Shown here one piece after another: positions 1-18,998 of a stretch of DNA of 64,000 nt. Positions within the stretch are counted from its first letter, which is position 1. The number at the start of each line of letters is the position of its first letter. This stretch comes from Balanoglossus misakiensis (Eukaryota > Animalia > Hemichordata). The stretch is from the NCBI GenBank assembly GCA_040954595.2, contig CM082588.2:8664844-8728843 (forward strand). The letters run 5' to 3'. The position numbers and the translations under genes were made by a program. A model generated the notes under the pieces. The model was not told where the DNA came from. It worked only from the letters and a program-made list of their open reading frames with translations, and ran no database searches.

Positions 1-296
1 AAGGGTTGTCATTGTCCTGAAATACTCCAAACGACCCGTCATTCTGAGAAGACGTGCTCATAGTGGAGTGGTACGTTGTTTCGTTGGCCTTTACAAAATG
101 TCTTTCTAACTTTGCCCGAAAACAGAAAACATTGACAGAAGACAACCAAACAATAAGGTGCTGCGTTTGGAACAGGAGAGAGGGACTATCGTTTTCGTCC
201 ACCACTGAATACCGTTCTTACGTCCCACAACATATCCGAGGAAAACAGTTACAGGTTAAATATATTTATAATCAGAAAAAGAGTCGGCCTTGTCAA

Positions 297-467
297 ATGG
301 ACGCTAGCAAAAAAGAAGCAACTTACAAAAGTGGAACTCCTAATAAGGCAGCTATTATCAGCGACGAAAACAAGTAAGTACAGACATTTACTGATGGACC
401 TGGTAAATTGATAATAACCAAAACAACATGGTATTGTAATGTCATAATTATAATTATGCAAATCACG

Positions 468-520
<53 letters not shown>

Positions 521-3500
521 GACGGAGAAAATATTACCTTTTATATTCTTCTCTAATTTAATATAGGAAGACATGCAAGGGAGTTGATCTCTATGGCGAC
601 AGTAGATTTGAGTTTACGGTGAAACCGGGTGGCAATGGCAATAAGGTAATTCTGAATCACATTTTGTACATGTGACTTAATATTATGTCAAATAAAAATT
701 GTTCCACCAATAAAGTATGCAGAGTTGAATGGTCTTGCCCTTTGTTCTTTCATTTTATCGATTTCTGTTGCCCTCGGGGCAGATGAGTATTACCCTATGG
801 AATGCTGAGGGTTTTGAGAAGGTATTCTGTCCGAGTAATTTGTGACGTCGTTAGATGCTGTGCACATGTTCGGACACGTATTATTTGAACGGGGCACAAC
901 CAGGGGGCGTGTGCGAGGTGTCATCCGCACCCATCAGGCACCACGACTGATATTTCCACAGCCGTAGAAGTTGAGGTCTCTTGCTGCGAGCTCAATCTTG
1001 GCAAAATGAACGTTATTTCATACACACAAAAAACATTAAAGGGACACTATCTGTAACTTTTGGATATCTTCAGTATTTTTGTTTTAGTGAACTACAGTTT
1101 TTAGTTCTACTCCGTACAAACTCCTCAAAAACATTAAATTGTTTTAAAAGATAGCCTGTATATGTAATGACCATTGTTATTGTTGACAACTGAATTCAAG
1201 TCCGAACTAGAATGAATTTTTTGAAAATAAAATGGTAATTTTATTAAAACATATTATGTGTTGAGGAGGTCCAATGCAGGATGTTATAATCCTACTTTAT
1301 TTAGAGACGAGTACAAGAACATTCACTTGGTACACAAAACGATATAAATAGTGAAAAATACTCACAAGTTAAGCCTTCATTGCTACTTACGTACATTTAT
1401 TTCATGCGATTGAACTTGACAAGGTGTTTTTTTGATAAATTCATTTCCAAAGAAAGTACACGAATTGAAGATATCTCCAACCATCCGCCTGGAAGTGCCC
1501 TCCGATTCCATTGATAAGGAAATGAGAGTCGTGGTAAGACTTGTCCTGGACCCACCAGTGCCAAATTCACCTTATCTGGGGGACCATGAGTTTCTGCTGA
1601 CCGACATATTAGCATTGCGGATAGAGCCTTACAGCGAGGATTTCCGATTCAAGAAACCCGTCATTTTCCGTATGAAATTAGACGACCAGCAAGCGCTAGA
1701 TAAGACTCGAGAAGTCGTAGTGAGAACGTCGAAAGAGAGAGGCCCTTGGCTCGATCTGGATACGAAATTGGTAAATATGGAGATATTCTTATCCTTTGAA
1801 TTGTGTTCTAAAGGTAGGGGTCGTCCCGTCTGTGGTTTCACGGGAATGTGTCCCACACTAGCCGAAGTATATTGGCTAGTATGTCCCATACTGGTCGAAG
1901 TAGACGAAAAGTGTAGTGCTACAATGCACATCATTGCAAGCAACGTATTACACTGTACATCATAGCAAACATTTTTCTTACATTTCTGTTACACTTCTCC
2001 TATCCTCTCTCACTTTCCCCCTCTTTTCTCTCCCTTTTCCCCCTCCCCCTCTCTCATATATACATACAGGAGTACTCAACCGACTTTAAAAGCGGAGAAG
2101 TTATAGCAAAAATGGACCACTTCTGTCATCTCATTGTAGTTTCGAAAATAGCTCCACAGTCATTCTATGTGGATCCTGACCAAGACATACAACTTTCCCT
2201 TACCGAAGACACAGTGACGACAAGCACTGGCGATGACGCCGACAATAGAACGAAGGTTAAACTTACATTTGAGGTTAGTTTGGGTTTAAATCATAAGCAT
2301 GAGATATTTCAACTTTTGAAAACATTTCGACAATCGGTATAGTCGTCTATATTGACGACATATTGGCGTATTGACGATGTACAGCGCCAGCAAAATAAGC
2401 GGGCTTGAAAACTGGTATCTTCGCTTCTTCCAATCCTCCTTTTTCTGCATTTCTATCTTCACTATAGGTTGAAAAAATCGCAAACGAATATTTACAAAGG
2501 GCTTGTGAATTGCAAGGGAAAAATGTGAAATCGATCGCATTTGATACAGTACTAAAGATAAAAAAGGTTCAAAAATTGCCTAAATTTACCATAAGCATGC
2601 CAATTCCCGTCGCTGAGCAAGATGTCGACCTGGTGAAGGAAGGAAAGTTGAAACTTAAGCTTCTGCAAGATAATGACAAAGATGACTGGAGAGATGTCCC
2701 TGACACCACCATAAAATTCGACGCTTCGAAACAAGCAGTGACTTTCCAGGCAAAACCATTTGACAGGTATTGTATACAATAAAATGTTATGAATTTGAAA
2801 TTCAATTATATATAACTCGCGATATAATTAAAGCCCCTCTATCTGTAACTTTTAATGTTATCAGAATGTTTTACTCTGTGTATCAATCGCACTTTCTTGC
2901 TTTGCTTCCCACAGTAGAAATCAATGGTAGCTAGAAGTTACAGTTAGTGAGTCTTTAAAGCCCCTAGAGCTGCCAAATTTCACATATTTTTTCCAAAGTA
3001 AAATACTTAAGCAATAAAACACCCCCAGCCATGGTATACCACGAGATTTTGACCAGTTCACGACATATACGCACGAGCGATAGCAAGTGCGTATATGGAG
3101 TTGAACTGGTCAAAATCTCGTGGTATACCATGGCTGGGGGTGTTTTATTGCTATTATATTATGCCAGTATATTGAAACTTTGCATAAAACATTTTAAAAA
3201 GGCATTTTCTTTGACTATGATATATGACTGTGGTATATGACTAATATATCACAGTCACGTGTCGTGTCTCGACCAATAAAATAGCGTGATTTACATCATC
3301 AATATACTGGTATAATATAATTCAAATATATTCCCTATTCTCTAAAATCCTCACTATTAATTAAGCCATATTACTTACATTTGCATCTGTTTGTCATCTC
3401 TTGGCGATGCATACCACGATTGCTGCGTTCTGTTTGTATGGAGGCTGATTAAATCGTTGCGGCACTGTTTTAATACATAGCGTTTTCAAATCTTTACATA

Positions 3501-6500
3501 CAGCCACAATCGGGCATCGATAAGGTGTTCATGTATACCTATCAGTAAGCTTATTTAGGCTGCATTCACAAACACCTCTGGAGGGGGGGGGGGCGGGAGA
3601 ATTCAATTTTTTTTACCGTTAATTTTCACATGCCCCCCTCAACAACCCGAAATATTTTCAAATCCCCCCCTTCCGAACTGCTAAAATTTTCAAATCCCCC
3701 CCCCCATCTTCTTTCACTCAGCAAAACACATCACCTATCTATCTTGTAAAAAAGAAAAACAGCGCTCCCATGAAAAGAATTTGAAACTGATGTTTCCCCT
3801 CATCAGTGGGTATTAAAACTGAACATTGTTTTTATTTTTTAAGTATCTGTATTCTGTGTTGGGAGACAGTGTAAACCAAGAATTGAAGGGGGTGGGTTTG
3901 GGAGGGGGTCTCCCCCTCCCACGTAAGAAAATTATATAAAATACAGAGCTCAAAGCTGCATTTTAATGAACCTGGCAAAAGCACATTAACTCAACTACCG
4001 GTATGTTGGGGAGGACAAATTTAACCGCCGCCGCTCAAAGTTATCATGGGGTGTGGGCAAGTCCCCTGACCTGGGGCACTAGATAAACCAGTCAATGTTT
4101 GAAAGGTGTTGATAAATGGAGGGGGTTGGTGTGGGAGGGGGTGTCCCCCTCCCACATTAGAAAATTTTGTAAAATAAAGGGTGCGAAACTGCATTTTTGT
4201 GGACTCAAAATAAATATTTAGTCGTCAAAGTTTTCAAGTCCCCCCTTTCAGTCCCTAAATTATTTAAAATCCCCCCCTTACATACCCTTTATTTTTTTTA
4301 AATCCCCCCCCTCAATTCTCCTGCCCCCCCTCCAGAGGTGTTTGTGAATGCAGCCTTAGATGGACCAATTTATGTTGGAAAATAAAATCATGAAAATAAT
4401 GCAAAAAGTGGCCGCTCTAGAGGCTTTAATGTCAATTCTAACAATTTAGAAGAAATGTGTTCTACTTATTTCACCAACAGTGGCGACACTCGCTATGCCG
4501 CCTTGATTACTGACGGCAGTACTGAAATAGAAAAAATCGTCAACATTGCAACTGCGATGACAAGAACGGTGTGGGAACTGGTCCAATTTGTACTTCTTCA
4601 GCACGTGGAGTGCCAGACCAGCATGATTGTGGATTGCGTGGTGAGAGAAAAGCGCAAAGATATTGAAAAAGAGATGGCCGAGTGCGGCTTCCGACCCTCA
4701 AGGGGATGTATTCATTTCACCAATGAAGTGTATGTCGCCGAGGGACATCCTATCAACGTGCGAGTCGACGGTGATTATATAGAATGCGAGGGAGCCAAGA
4801 TAACCTTCCACTCCAGGAGAAACTACAACCACAGGTCGTTGAACGTTAGCCTGTGCGATGATGCATCGAAGAGTCCAAATAATGAATTCAGCGGTTTTGC
4901 AGAATTCCTGAGACCAGATCATCTTGACAAGGACCATTTAGACGCATCAGAAAGAGATGAGCCAAAATTACGGTTTGTCATAACCAGAGTAAGTGTAATT
5001 AATTATTATAAAGCTGCATTTGTAATCTACACTACAGTGTTGAATATTCTCTGCAGAAAACATTATCCTCAGAAGCAAAGAACCGGGGGAGGGGGTGGTC
5101 CCAGCATAGAAAGGTATATGGGTATATGTGCTGTGCGGATGAGTCCAATTTACGGTCGAAAAATCCCTAGAAATGCATGGGTCACGAACTTCGGAAATGT
5201 CCCAATTGTATAAGAAAAACGCCCAAAGGACGTATACTCTTGACAATGCATTTCACTAGGGCACCAAAAATTAAACCTTCCTGTATCATTTGTTCATTTC
5301 CTGTAGGAACAAGAGTCTGGTACGCGAGCACGACGAACTCCTTTTGCAGTCAAACCCAAGGAGGAATCTTCTCAGCGTAAACCTGAAAGGAAAGGTTAGC
5401 TTGATAAATGCATACTAACTTCTATTTGTGAATGTGTTCGTCTAAATAAACAGTTTTATGTTGTTGTTTTTATTTCTCTTACAAAATCAAGAAAACTAGA
5501 CGTTGTTCTGATGTTACTGTAAATACACGCTTAGTATTGACAAATAATTGTCTTGTCACCATTGAAAATTATTTTGTGAAGTGCACGTTTCTGTCCACGT
5601 CCGGGAAAATTCTAGGACATATAAAATGATACCAAACGTCTGTAATAATTATGTTCAGTCACCTCTCTAAAGAAATGGAACTTGGAAAGTTTTGTCACTC
5701 TGTCATGCAGCGCGTATTGGTTACATCCAAATTGTATTGTGTTGTATTGTATTGTATTGTATTGTATTGTATTGTATTGTATTGTATTGTATTGTATTGT
5801 ATTGTATTGTATTGTATTGTATTGTATTGTTCACAGATGATCTTGCTATTGCAACCGAAACTTTGGAAGACATGCTGTCGCCAAAGGAATGGAAACCACT
5901 CGGTCGAAAATTAGGTGTATCTGATGTGAAATTGATGGATATAGAGAAAGACCACGCGGATGATATCAAAGAAACGAAACACCAAATGTTTCGTCATTGG
6001 AGACAGAAAGAGGGGAAGAAGGCCACACTGCCTGAGTTGATCAAAGCTTTAAAAGAACTTAAGTTACGAAATTTAGCTGAAACTTTTCAGAGGAACCTCA
6101 GTGATGGAGGTAATTTAAGCCTAAAACTCTATAGCTCTATATTGACCTCATCAGTGACAGCGTGAGCACAAACAATATGGTTGAGGGGTATCACGTGCGA
6201 GCGCGGGAAATGTAGGATGTTTTTAAAAACTTCAGCAAAATGCACGGAAGAACATGTACTGGACAAATCATTATGGTCGAAAACTTAATATGCTTATTAT
6301 TTACTGTAAATTAATTTTTTTTAAATTAATGGAAAGGGTCATGGTATGTTTTTCCCAGTGTTCTTTAAAGTTGAAAGGCCCTTATAAAATTGTGCTTCGA
6401 GGGTATCGAAAAGGGATATCCCGCCCAGAAATTGGGCGAGAACCCAACCTTAAAGTTTTCTGTCTTCATCACAGATACAGTGGATGAGTCAAGTTCACAG

Positions 6501-6626
6501 AGACCGACCACCACTGCCGCCACCGCTGCTGCTGCTGAAGGGGATACACGTTCAACGAGCGACTCCAGAATACAAAGACCCAAAGACCCACAGAGAAGTG
6601 ACCGTGGACAAGGCTGGAAACCGTAG
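297..6626 (+). CDS. ZU5-ZU5-UPA-death domain protein (PIDD/UNC5CL/ankyrin-type supramodule), about 665 aa, 9 coding exons
   Basis: Phase-consistent GT-AG exons: 297-373, 567-645, 1453-1770, 2070-2273, 2468-2766, 4481-4988, 5307-5394, 5837-6109, 6475-6626 (1998 nt, TAG at 6624-6626). ZU5-like segments: FTVKPGG..IRLEVPSDSI..EFLLTDIL..FRFKKPVIF..MDHFC and FTISMPIP..LKLL..WRDV..VTFQAKPF. Death domain: EWKPLGRKLGVSDVKLMDIEKDH..HQMFRHWRQKEG..ATLPELIKALKELKLRNLAE. The start codon at 297 is uncertain, and upstream exons outside the window are possible. Confidence 0.75.
467..520. repeat. (GTT)n microsatellite
   Basis: Perfect trinucleotide run inside intron 1 of the ZU5-DD gene. Confidence 0.95.
3007..3320. 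mobile_element. Non-autonomous element with a near-perfect hairpin of about 140 bp (3010-3152), nested in the family B MITE
   Basis: agcaataaaacacccccagccatggtataccacgagattttgaccagttca ... tgaactggtcaaaatctcgtggtataccatggctgggggtgttttattgct. It interrupts the host MITE relative to the intact copies. Confidence 0.65.
3558..4355. mobile_element. PIF/Harbinger-like non-autonomous DNA transposon
   Basis: TIRs ggctgcattcacaaacacctctggaggggggg / ccccccctccagaggtgtttgtgaatgcagcc, with a 3-bp TTA duplication at 3555-3557 and 4356-4358. The empty site gcttatttagatggaccaat is seen in the family B copy near 15797. Confidence 0.85.
5733..5830. repeat. (TATTG)n pentanucleotide microsatellite
   Basis: Perfect tandem run directly upstream of the death-domain exon acceptor. 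Confidence 0.95.
5837..6109 (+). CDS. Death domain exon of the ZU5-UPA-DD gene
   Basis: Phase 1-1 exon (tcacag|ATG...GGAG|gtaatt) encoding a typical six-helix death domain pattern W..LGR.LG.S...I....ML..W......AT...L..AL..L. Confidence 0.88.
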
Positions 6627-8011
6627 TGGCAACATAACAGATGCTGTTGCGCTCATTGCGAGATCTCGCGAGATTTGGTTATTACCACAACAACGGGTTG
6701 CCTAGCAAAGTAATACACGTCAAGCTTTGTAAGCCTTGTGAAACAAATTTAAGAATAAGTGCAGAGTTTAAAAAAAAAATTTTTTTTAGCCGTTTAACAA
6801 GATGAGTTTTTTTGTCCTGTGTCACATGAGAATGTCCTCCAATGTAAACTGACTAGTCACGTGATATCTCGCAGGGTCTCGTGGACTTTGGAAAATGGTC
6901 TATTGCAGGCCTTTGCCATTGGAGCAAAACCGATTGTTTTTTTACTGAATCATAATTTTAGATGTGTGTTTGAAGTAATATATTTTGACAGTTCTGCACA
7001 CTTTTTATACTGTAACACACCTTGTCATATAGCAAGGCTATGATTGGTCAAATCATCATCAGGTCGTCCTTCCCCGGAAGTAAAAATCAAAATTCAAGAG
7101 AAAAAACCCACCCGTCTCTCCATCGGATTTAAATCAGATTGTTCCTAGGTATAAAATATGCCATAAACAGTTGTCGACAGACTTCTCTCACTGATCGTCT
7201 ATGCACCTGTTCCCACGTCATGTGCATACACACGAACATACAATGTATTTTTCAGAAATCTATTATCCGTCCAATCATTTCAAGTCTTTTAAGCGTATGC
7301 GTGCAGAACGGCAAAACATTTTCTCACATTTTATGTAAGTCGGACATCTTATGAAAAGTGAATTGATATATATGACGCATGAATATTAGTTAATGTCTGG
7401 CAAATTTGTCTTTCAACTTGTTTGTAATTCGCTGCTACATTATATTTTGTCTCGTTTGTCCAATTACAATTTTCGTTCAGTTAATAACCATTATATTTCA
7501 CGTTTTGCTTGATTTTTGTGTTCATGGACTACAGTTTCTTGAGTTTAATGCGTTTTGTTGTTGTTGTTTTTTGTTTAAAATATTATAGAAGTGTAGCATC
7601 CGTCCAAACCTGTTTGTAGAACCTCTATAATCTGGTATACTGCGCATTTACGAGTGGTATGTGTTTGCTAATGTTTTTGAATCTTCCTGAGGTTAAGCCT
7701 CAACAACTCTGATACTAGTATATGCATGCAGACGTTTTCAATTTGTCTGTGATTTCCGTCCATTTGAACAAACACTTCTACTATTTTAGCATCGCAAAAT
7801 GTTTGGATTATGTTTTTGAGTCCTTAAATTTGGTTGATTTACTTGGCTTGTGACCATACCCACGCCAGTTCAATAAAGACATATTAACCAAGGTATTCTT
7901 GTGATTTGCCATTTACATGGAACGAAACAACTCTACCTGTGGGCCATTCACATGTAGAAACTCATACTGTAGACATTTCACAATTGTTGCCCCAACAAAG
8001 TCTTTATACAA

Positions 8012-8362
8012 TTAAAGGGACAAAGTCTCTCTCTCGCTGCCCTTTTTCCATTATGTTTGATACTAGACACCTTTTATGTTAATGTACATGTGGAAATATA
8101 GTGAATCAACGTTCGACCACACACAACTTCCATCCCTCTTGTAGACAGGAGAGTCAAAAACTCACCAAAATGAATAATCGGTCTCTACCATTTATTCATT
8201 TTGCCGAGATTTTTCCTCTCATATCCTACAAACGGGATGGAAGTTGTGTGTGGTCGAACATTGATTCACTATATATCCACATGTAGAATAACATAAACGG
8301 TGTCTTGTATCAAACTTAATTAATGGGAACAGGGCAGCGAGAGAGAGACTTTGTCCCTTTAA
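8012..8362. mobile_element. Palindromic TTAA-flanked Kolobok/T2-like MITE (family A), full copy
   Basis: ttaa|agggacaaagtctctctctcgctgccc ... gggcagcgagagagagactttgtccct|ttaa, with long imperfect inverted arms of about 130 bp. AGGG termini with a TTAA target match Kolobok-type MITEs. Confidence 0.85.
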
Positions 8363-8612
8363 CAAAGGTGCACAGTTAATTAATTTAAATAAAGGTGAAT
8401 GATATCACACATTATTACATATGTACCGTCGATTACTTGCACCGAGCGCGCGCGTAACATCAGTATTTGCACTCAGTGCAATACCAAAAACATTATGCCA
8501 TACCTGTATGCAAATGAGTAGCCTGTTCACGAAACAAGCAATATCATTCCGCGGTCTCATTTCTTTCATTTTCGGTCTTTTTTTCAAAATGGGATGAACA
8601 TATGTAATAAAA

Positions 8613-8721
8613 ACAGAACCCCATGGCTCAATCGTGCAAGCACGGCGTACCGGTAGTATTTGCACTCGATGCAAATACTACCGTTACGCCGTGCTTGCAC
8701 GATCGAGCCATGGGGTTCTGT
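8613..8721. repeat. Near-perfect inverted repeat (hairpin of about 109 bp), probably part of a non-autonomous element at about 8380-8735
   Basis: acagaaccccatggctcaatcgtgcaagcacggcgtaccggtagtatttgca-ctcga-tgcaaatactaccgttacgccgtgcttgcacgatcgagccatggggttctgt. Confidence 0.85.
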
Positions 8722-9787
8722 CATATTACTATTCACATTTTTATTATTAAACAAAAATTTCACACCATCATCTGGTGATTGAAAGTACAAATTCGTACGA
8801 AGCAAAACAGAAAAGTGTAATATAGCATTTCATTCAACAACACAAAATTTCTATATATTAAACACATTAAGTTTTAATGACATACAACCTACGTGGTGAT
8901 TTGTTGTGATGCAAAGACTACTTTTGCCATCTCTTTTCAAAGAATGTAAATAAAGTGATATTGGAAGAAGACAGAAGAGAATGGAATGTGAGCAGTAAAT
9001 TCATCGAAGGTGTGATCTTCAAATAATAAATGTACATCAAGATAAGGGAACAATCAATATACCCGAACTGATGTATCATTTTGATTTTTCTTCTCAATCT
9101 TATATTTTTGGATATCCTTACTGATTGAAATCAGATAGAAGTACAAACTCAATAATTGATGTTTGAGATTATTCTGATGAAAAACTGGAAAACTACAGTA
9201 TAAGGTCATTTTGCTCTCACAATACCATAGCAACGTGAATATCAATTTTACCGCCTCAAAGGTATACGGTCACCTCCAATTTACATATCACCATATATAG
9301 CTGAAATGACGTATTTGAGTGTTCTAAAGAACACTCTTTTTTTCGCCTGTGCCACCCAGTGAAAATCTGTGATTGGGTAGATCCCAATTTACCATGGTAA
9401 CTATAGCTAAATTTGCACAGGTGACTGTATACCTTTAACCCTGTCACCACCATGTTTTTTTTTCACTTACTGGATTGTTACAAAGCATCACAATATTTAC
9501 AGAACTGGCACAACACAGCAACACATCTTGATTGCTTTCAAAGCAAAGCCAAGCGGTACAAGTCGTTTGTGAAGAGAGAAATTCTGACTTGCCATATTTA
9601 TGTCTCTCTTTTCTTAGGCCTGATGTGTTGGAAAGTCCTGCAATTTGCATACACTTCTTGTAGCAGAACTACAAACACACACAGCTTGTATAAACTGTGT
9701 TGAATTACAGTTTTGGGCAATACTGTATACAACATAGCCACAGTCTTGAAATCACAGTTCAACACATCATGGGGGGATGGACACTTA

Positions 9788-16841
<7,054 letters not shown>

Positions 16842-17212
16842 CTTGATTGGTGTCTGTCGAATAAAACTTTGTAATTTAAGTGACTTGGTTATACATCTGT
16901 TCACATCATCATTGACATTACTATGAATAATGATAGTCATATGTATCAGTATACACATATTGACTGGCCATGAAGGCAACAGCATACGTCTGTAACCCGA
17001 GGGACTGTGAGTCACCACCAAAACAGGCTGCTTGTCTAGGCTGAAGGCCAAGGGAAAAAGTCTGTTTTAGGGGCGACTCACATTCCCGAGGGGGGAAAGA
17101 CGTAAGCTGTTGCCCAAAAAGCCAGTCAATATGTGTTTTGTAACACACCTCATTCACAGCCATGCATAATAACACAAAGTGAGCGGGCATCAGTTTATGG
17201 AACAGATGCTGT

Positions 17213-17213
17213 T

Positions 17214-17292
<79 letters not shown>
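17213..17292. repeat. (ATC)n microsatellite
   Basis: Perfect trinucleotide run in the katanin 5' UTR intron. Confidence 0.95.
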
Positions 17293-17293
<1 letters not shown>

Positions 17294-17784
17294 TGCAATT
17301 CAGCCTATTATTATTTATTTTTAAGTATTGCTGTCGCAAAATCAAGATTTTTCATGGTCATAATGCCTAATTCGCCTGTGTGGTCAATCCTGCCACCAAG
17401 CAAATAAATGTAGACCAAGGCAAAACCTCGAGCTACTGAACTGCAGCCACTGCTATGGTGTCAAGAAGTCGTCCTTGTGTGGCAAGGACGAATAACCCAA
17501 CAACACAACAACGAAATTCAGATTCTCTAAACTAAGATCCTGGTCACTCCACAAACGGTTTGCGGTGTGATCAGTCGAATTACGAAATTCCTTGCTTCCA
17601 AAACTACGGCTAGATACTGGACTAGAAATGTTCCGGAAGGGATGACTATGCCGTACGTGTATTTGGACCAAAGAACATCCATTCATGTTGTACTGTAGCT
17701 TTTAACTTGGAAAATGTTCGGACATTTTCGATTAATCGCGCGAAGTCTAAACGAAAGTCTACCAATAAAGCATTATCGACTCAC

Positions 17785-18176
17785 CTAAGCAAGTATGTCA
17801 CTGGAAATATTTCCTATCGACTGTTGTAATATTTGACCCTACTTGACACTTGTCATATGCAGTAAAGTCTGAATCTTGACATAGGTCATGTGATATGGTT
17901 CGTGGAGTCTGATTGGCTAAATATTACGCCTCGTTCAAATGTACGTCATTACTTGAGCTCGAAAAAAAGCCATATTCCCAATACTAATTGCGGAATTTGT
18001 GGCAAATTTTTTTTCAATATTAAAACTTGACAGTAATAGTTTCTCAGGACATTTTTTTACTCATAGAGTATTTAAAATATTAGAAGCAGATTTTGGATTG
18101 GAACGAGGGGATGGCGACCCCAAGATGGCTGCCATTGTGAGGCAAATTTGAAAATGTCAACAAAGAACTAGAACAG
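17785..18176. promoter_or_regulatory. Putative bidirectional promoter between the katanin non-coding exon 1 (- strand) and a divergent + strand non-coding exon
   Basis: Consensus donors point outward on both strands: - strand AG|gtgagt at 17785/17784 and + strand CAG|gtgagt at 18176/18177. Between them lie a CCAAT box (ctgattggc, ~17909), a CRE-like TACGTCA (~17942), GTCATGTGA (~17885) and a YY1-like CAAGATGGC (18121). The flanks are CpG-enriched. Confidence 0.6.
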
Positions 18177-18940
18177 GTGAGTAACGGCTATTTTGACCAT
18201 TGACCGGTCACGATCGATACCAACCGTTAACCGTTACAGTCCGAAAATGAATTTCCCGTATGGAAACAGTGGGATCTCCGTGCCCATTTACGGTCACGGT
18301 GCCACACACCTGTTTGTGTTCACTCTGTCGCTGTGCCTCGGCCTCTGAATAGCCTACATGTACAACAGAGCTTTTACAGACAGTCACACTCAACTTCCAG
18401 CTAAGCCAGCTGGTTTTGCCGTAAAACCATATCACACAAACCAAGGCAAAACCTTGAGCATTGGAGCAAGAAGGGGACTGCAGCTAATTTCTAGCATGCG
18501 AACTGTCGGACCACCTGTGTGATCGTAGTTGAAATCCGACACAGGCACTCGAGGTTTTGTTTGGTAATTGTACATGCGAAAGGCAAAACCTGAGTGCCGT
18601 CAACTCACAACGGGGCAAAAACTCGAGCTGCAGCGTCACAAGCAGTTTCAAGATAGAGATGTCATACTGTCTAGAGCCACGTCGAGGCACCGTGCCACAT
18701 CCTTCATTTTTGTGCTATTAAACTTTCATTTAGTTTTAAGACTTCTGTGGATCATGAGTGAATCGCCCCAAAAATATTTCACTGTCAATTCATTCCGCCT
18801 CATAAGAAACCCAATGAACAATGCCTCCCCATTCAAACATGATCAGCCCCTGTGACCTTGAGCAGGGCACTTAAAAGTTACATGTATGTAACTTCTCATT
18901 GCTTCTCCCTTTATACCAGGAGAGGTGGCTACCTCATCCG

Positions 18941-18998
18941 TAGCTCTGCGTACAGGTCTGTGTGCTCCTGGCGTTACACAGACCTGTATGCAGAGCTA
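18941..18998. mobile_element. 58-bp minimal hairpin MITE (TAG...CTA termini, 9-bp target duplication; AcademH-like)
   Basis: tagctctgcgtacaggtctgtgt-N12-acacagacctgtatgcagagcta, flanked by cctcatccg and cctcatcct. Confidence 0.6.

Larger units (their letters stand above)
2955..4428. mobile_element. TTAA-flanked Kolobok-like MITE (family B) carrying two nested insertions
   Basis: Ends ttaa|agcccctagagctgcc ... ggccgctctagaggct|ttaa. Uninterrupted copies of about 340-350 bp lie at 12699-13055 and 42346-42688, with fragments near 10120, 15640-15820, 21235 and 38656. Confidence 0.75.

Noticed and set aside
715-1035. SINE-like stretch in intron 2 of the ZU5-DD gene
   Set aside because: I could not identify a Pol III A/B box head, a TSD or a second copy in the window, so it is not called.
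1305-1329. Potential 25-nt micro-exon (tttag|AGACGAG...TTG|gtacac) in the ZU5-DD gene
   Set aside because: The donor is weak, the segment lies within a repeat-like stretch starting at 1036, and exon 567-645 already supplies the needed phase and ZU5-like sequence.
8101-8286. Recurring similar small ORFs ([11 protein letters not shown]..., also at 14726, 20152, 55819, 56666, 60162 and 63119) suggesting a peptide family
   Set aside because: All are translations of the palindromic family A MITE, with inconsistent frames and stops between copies.
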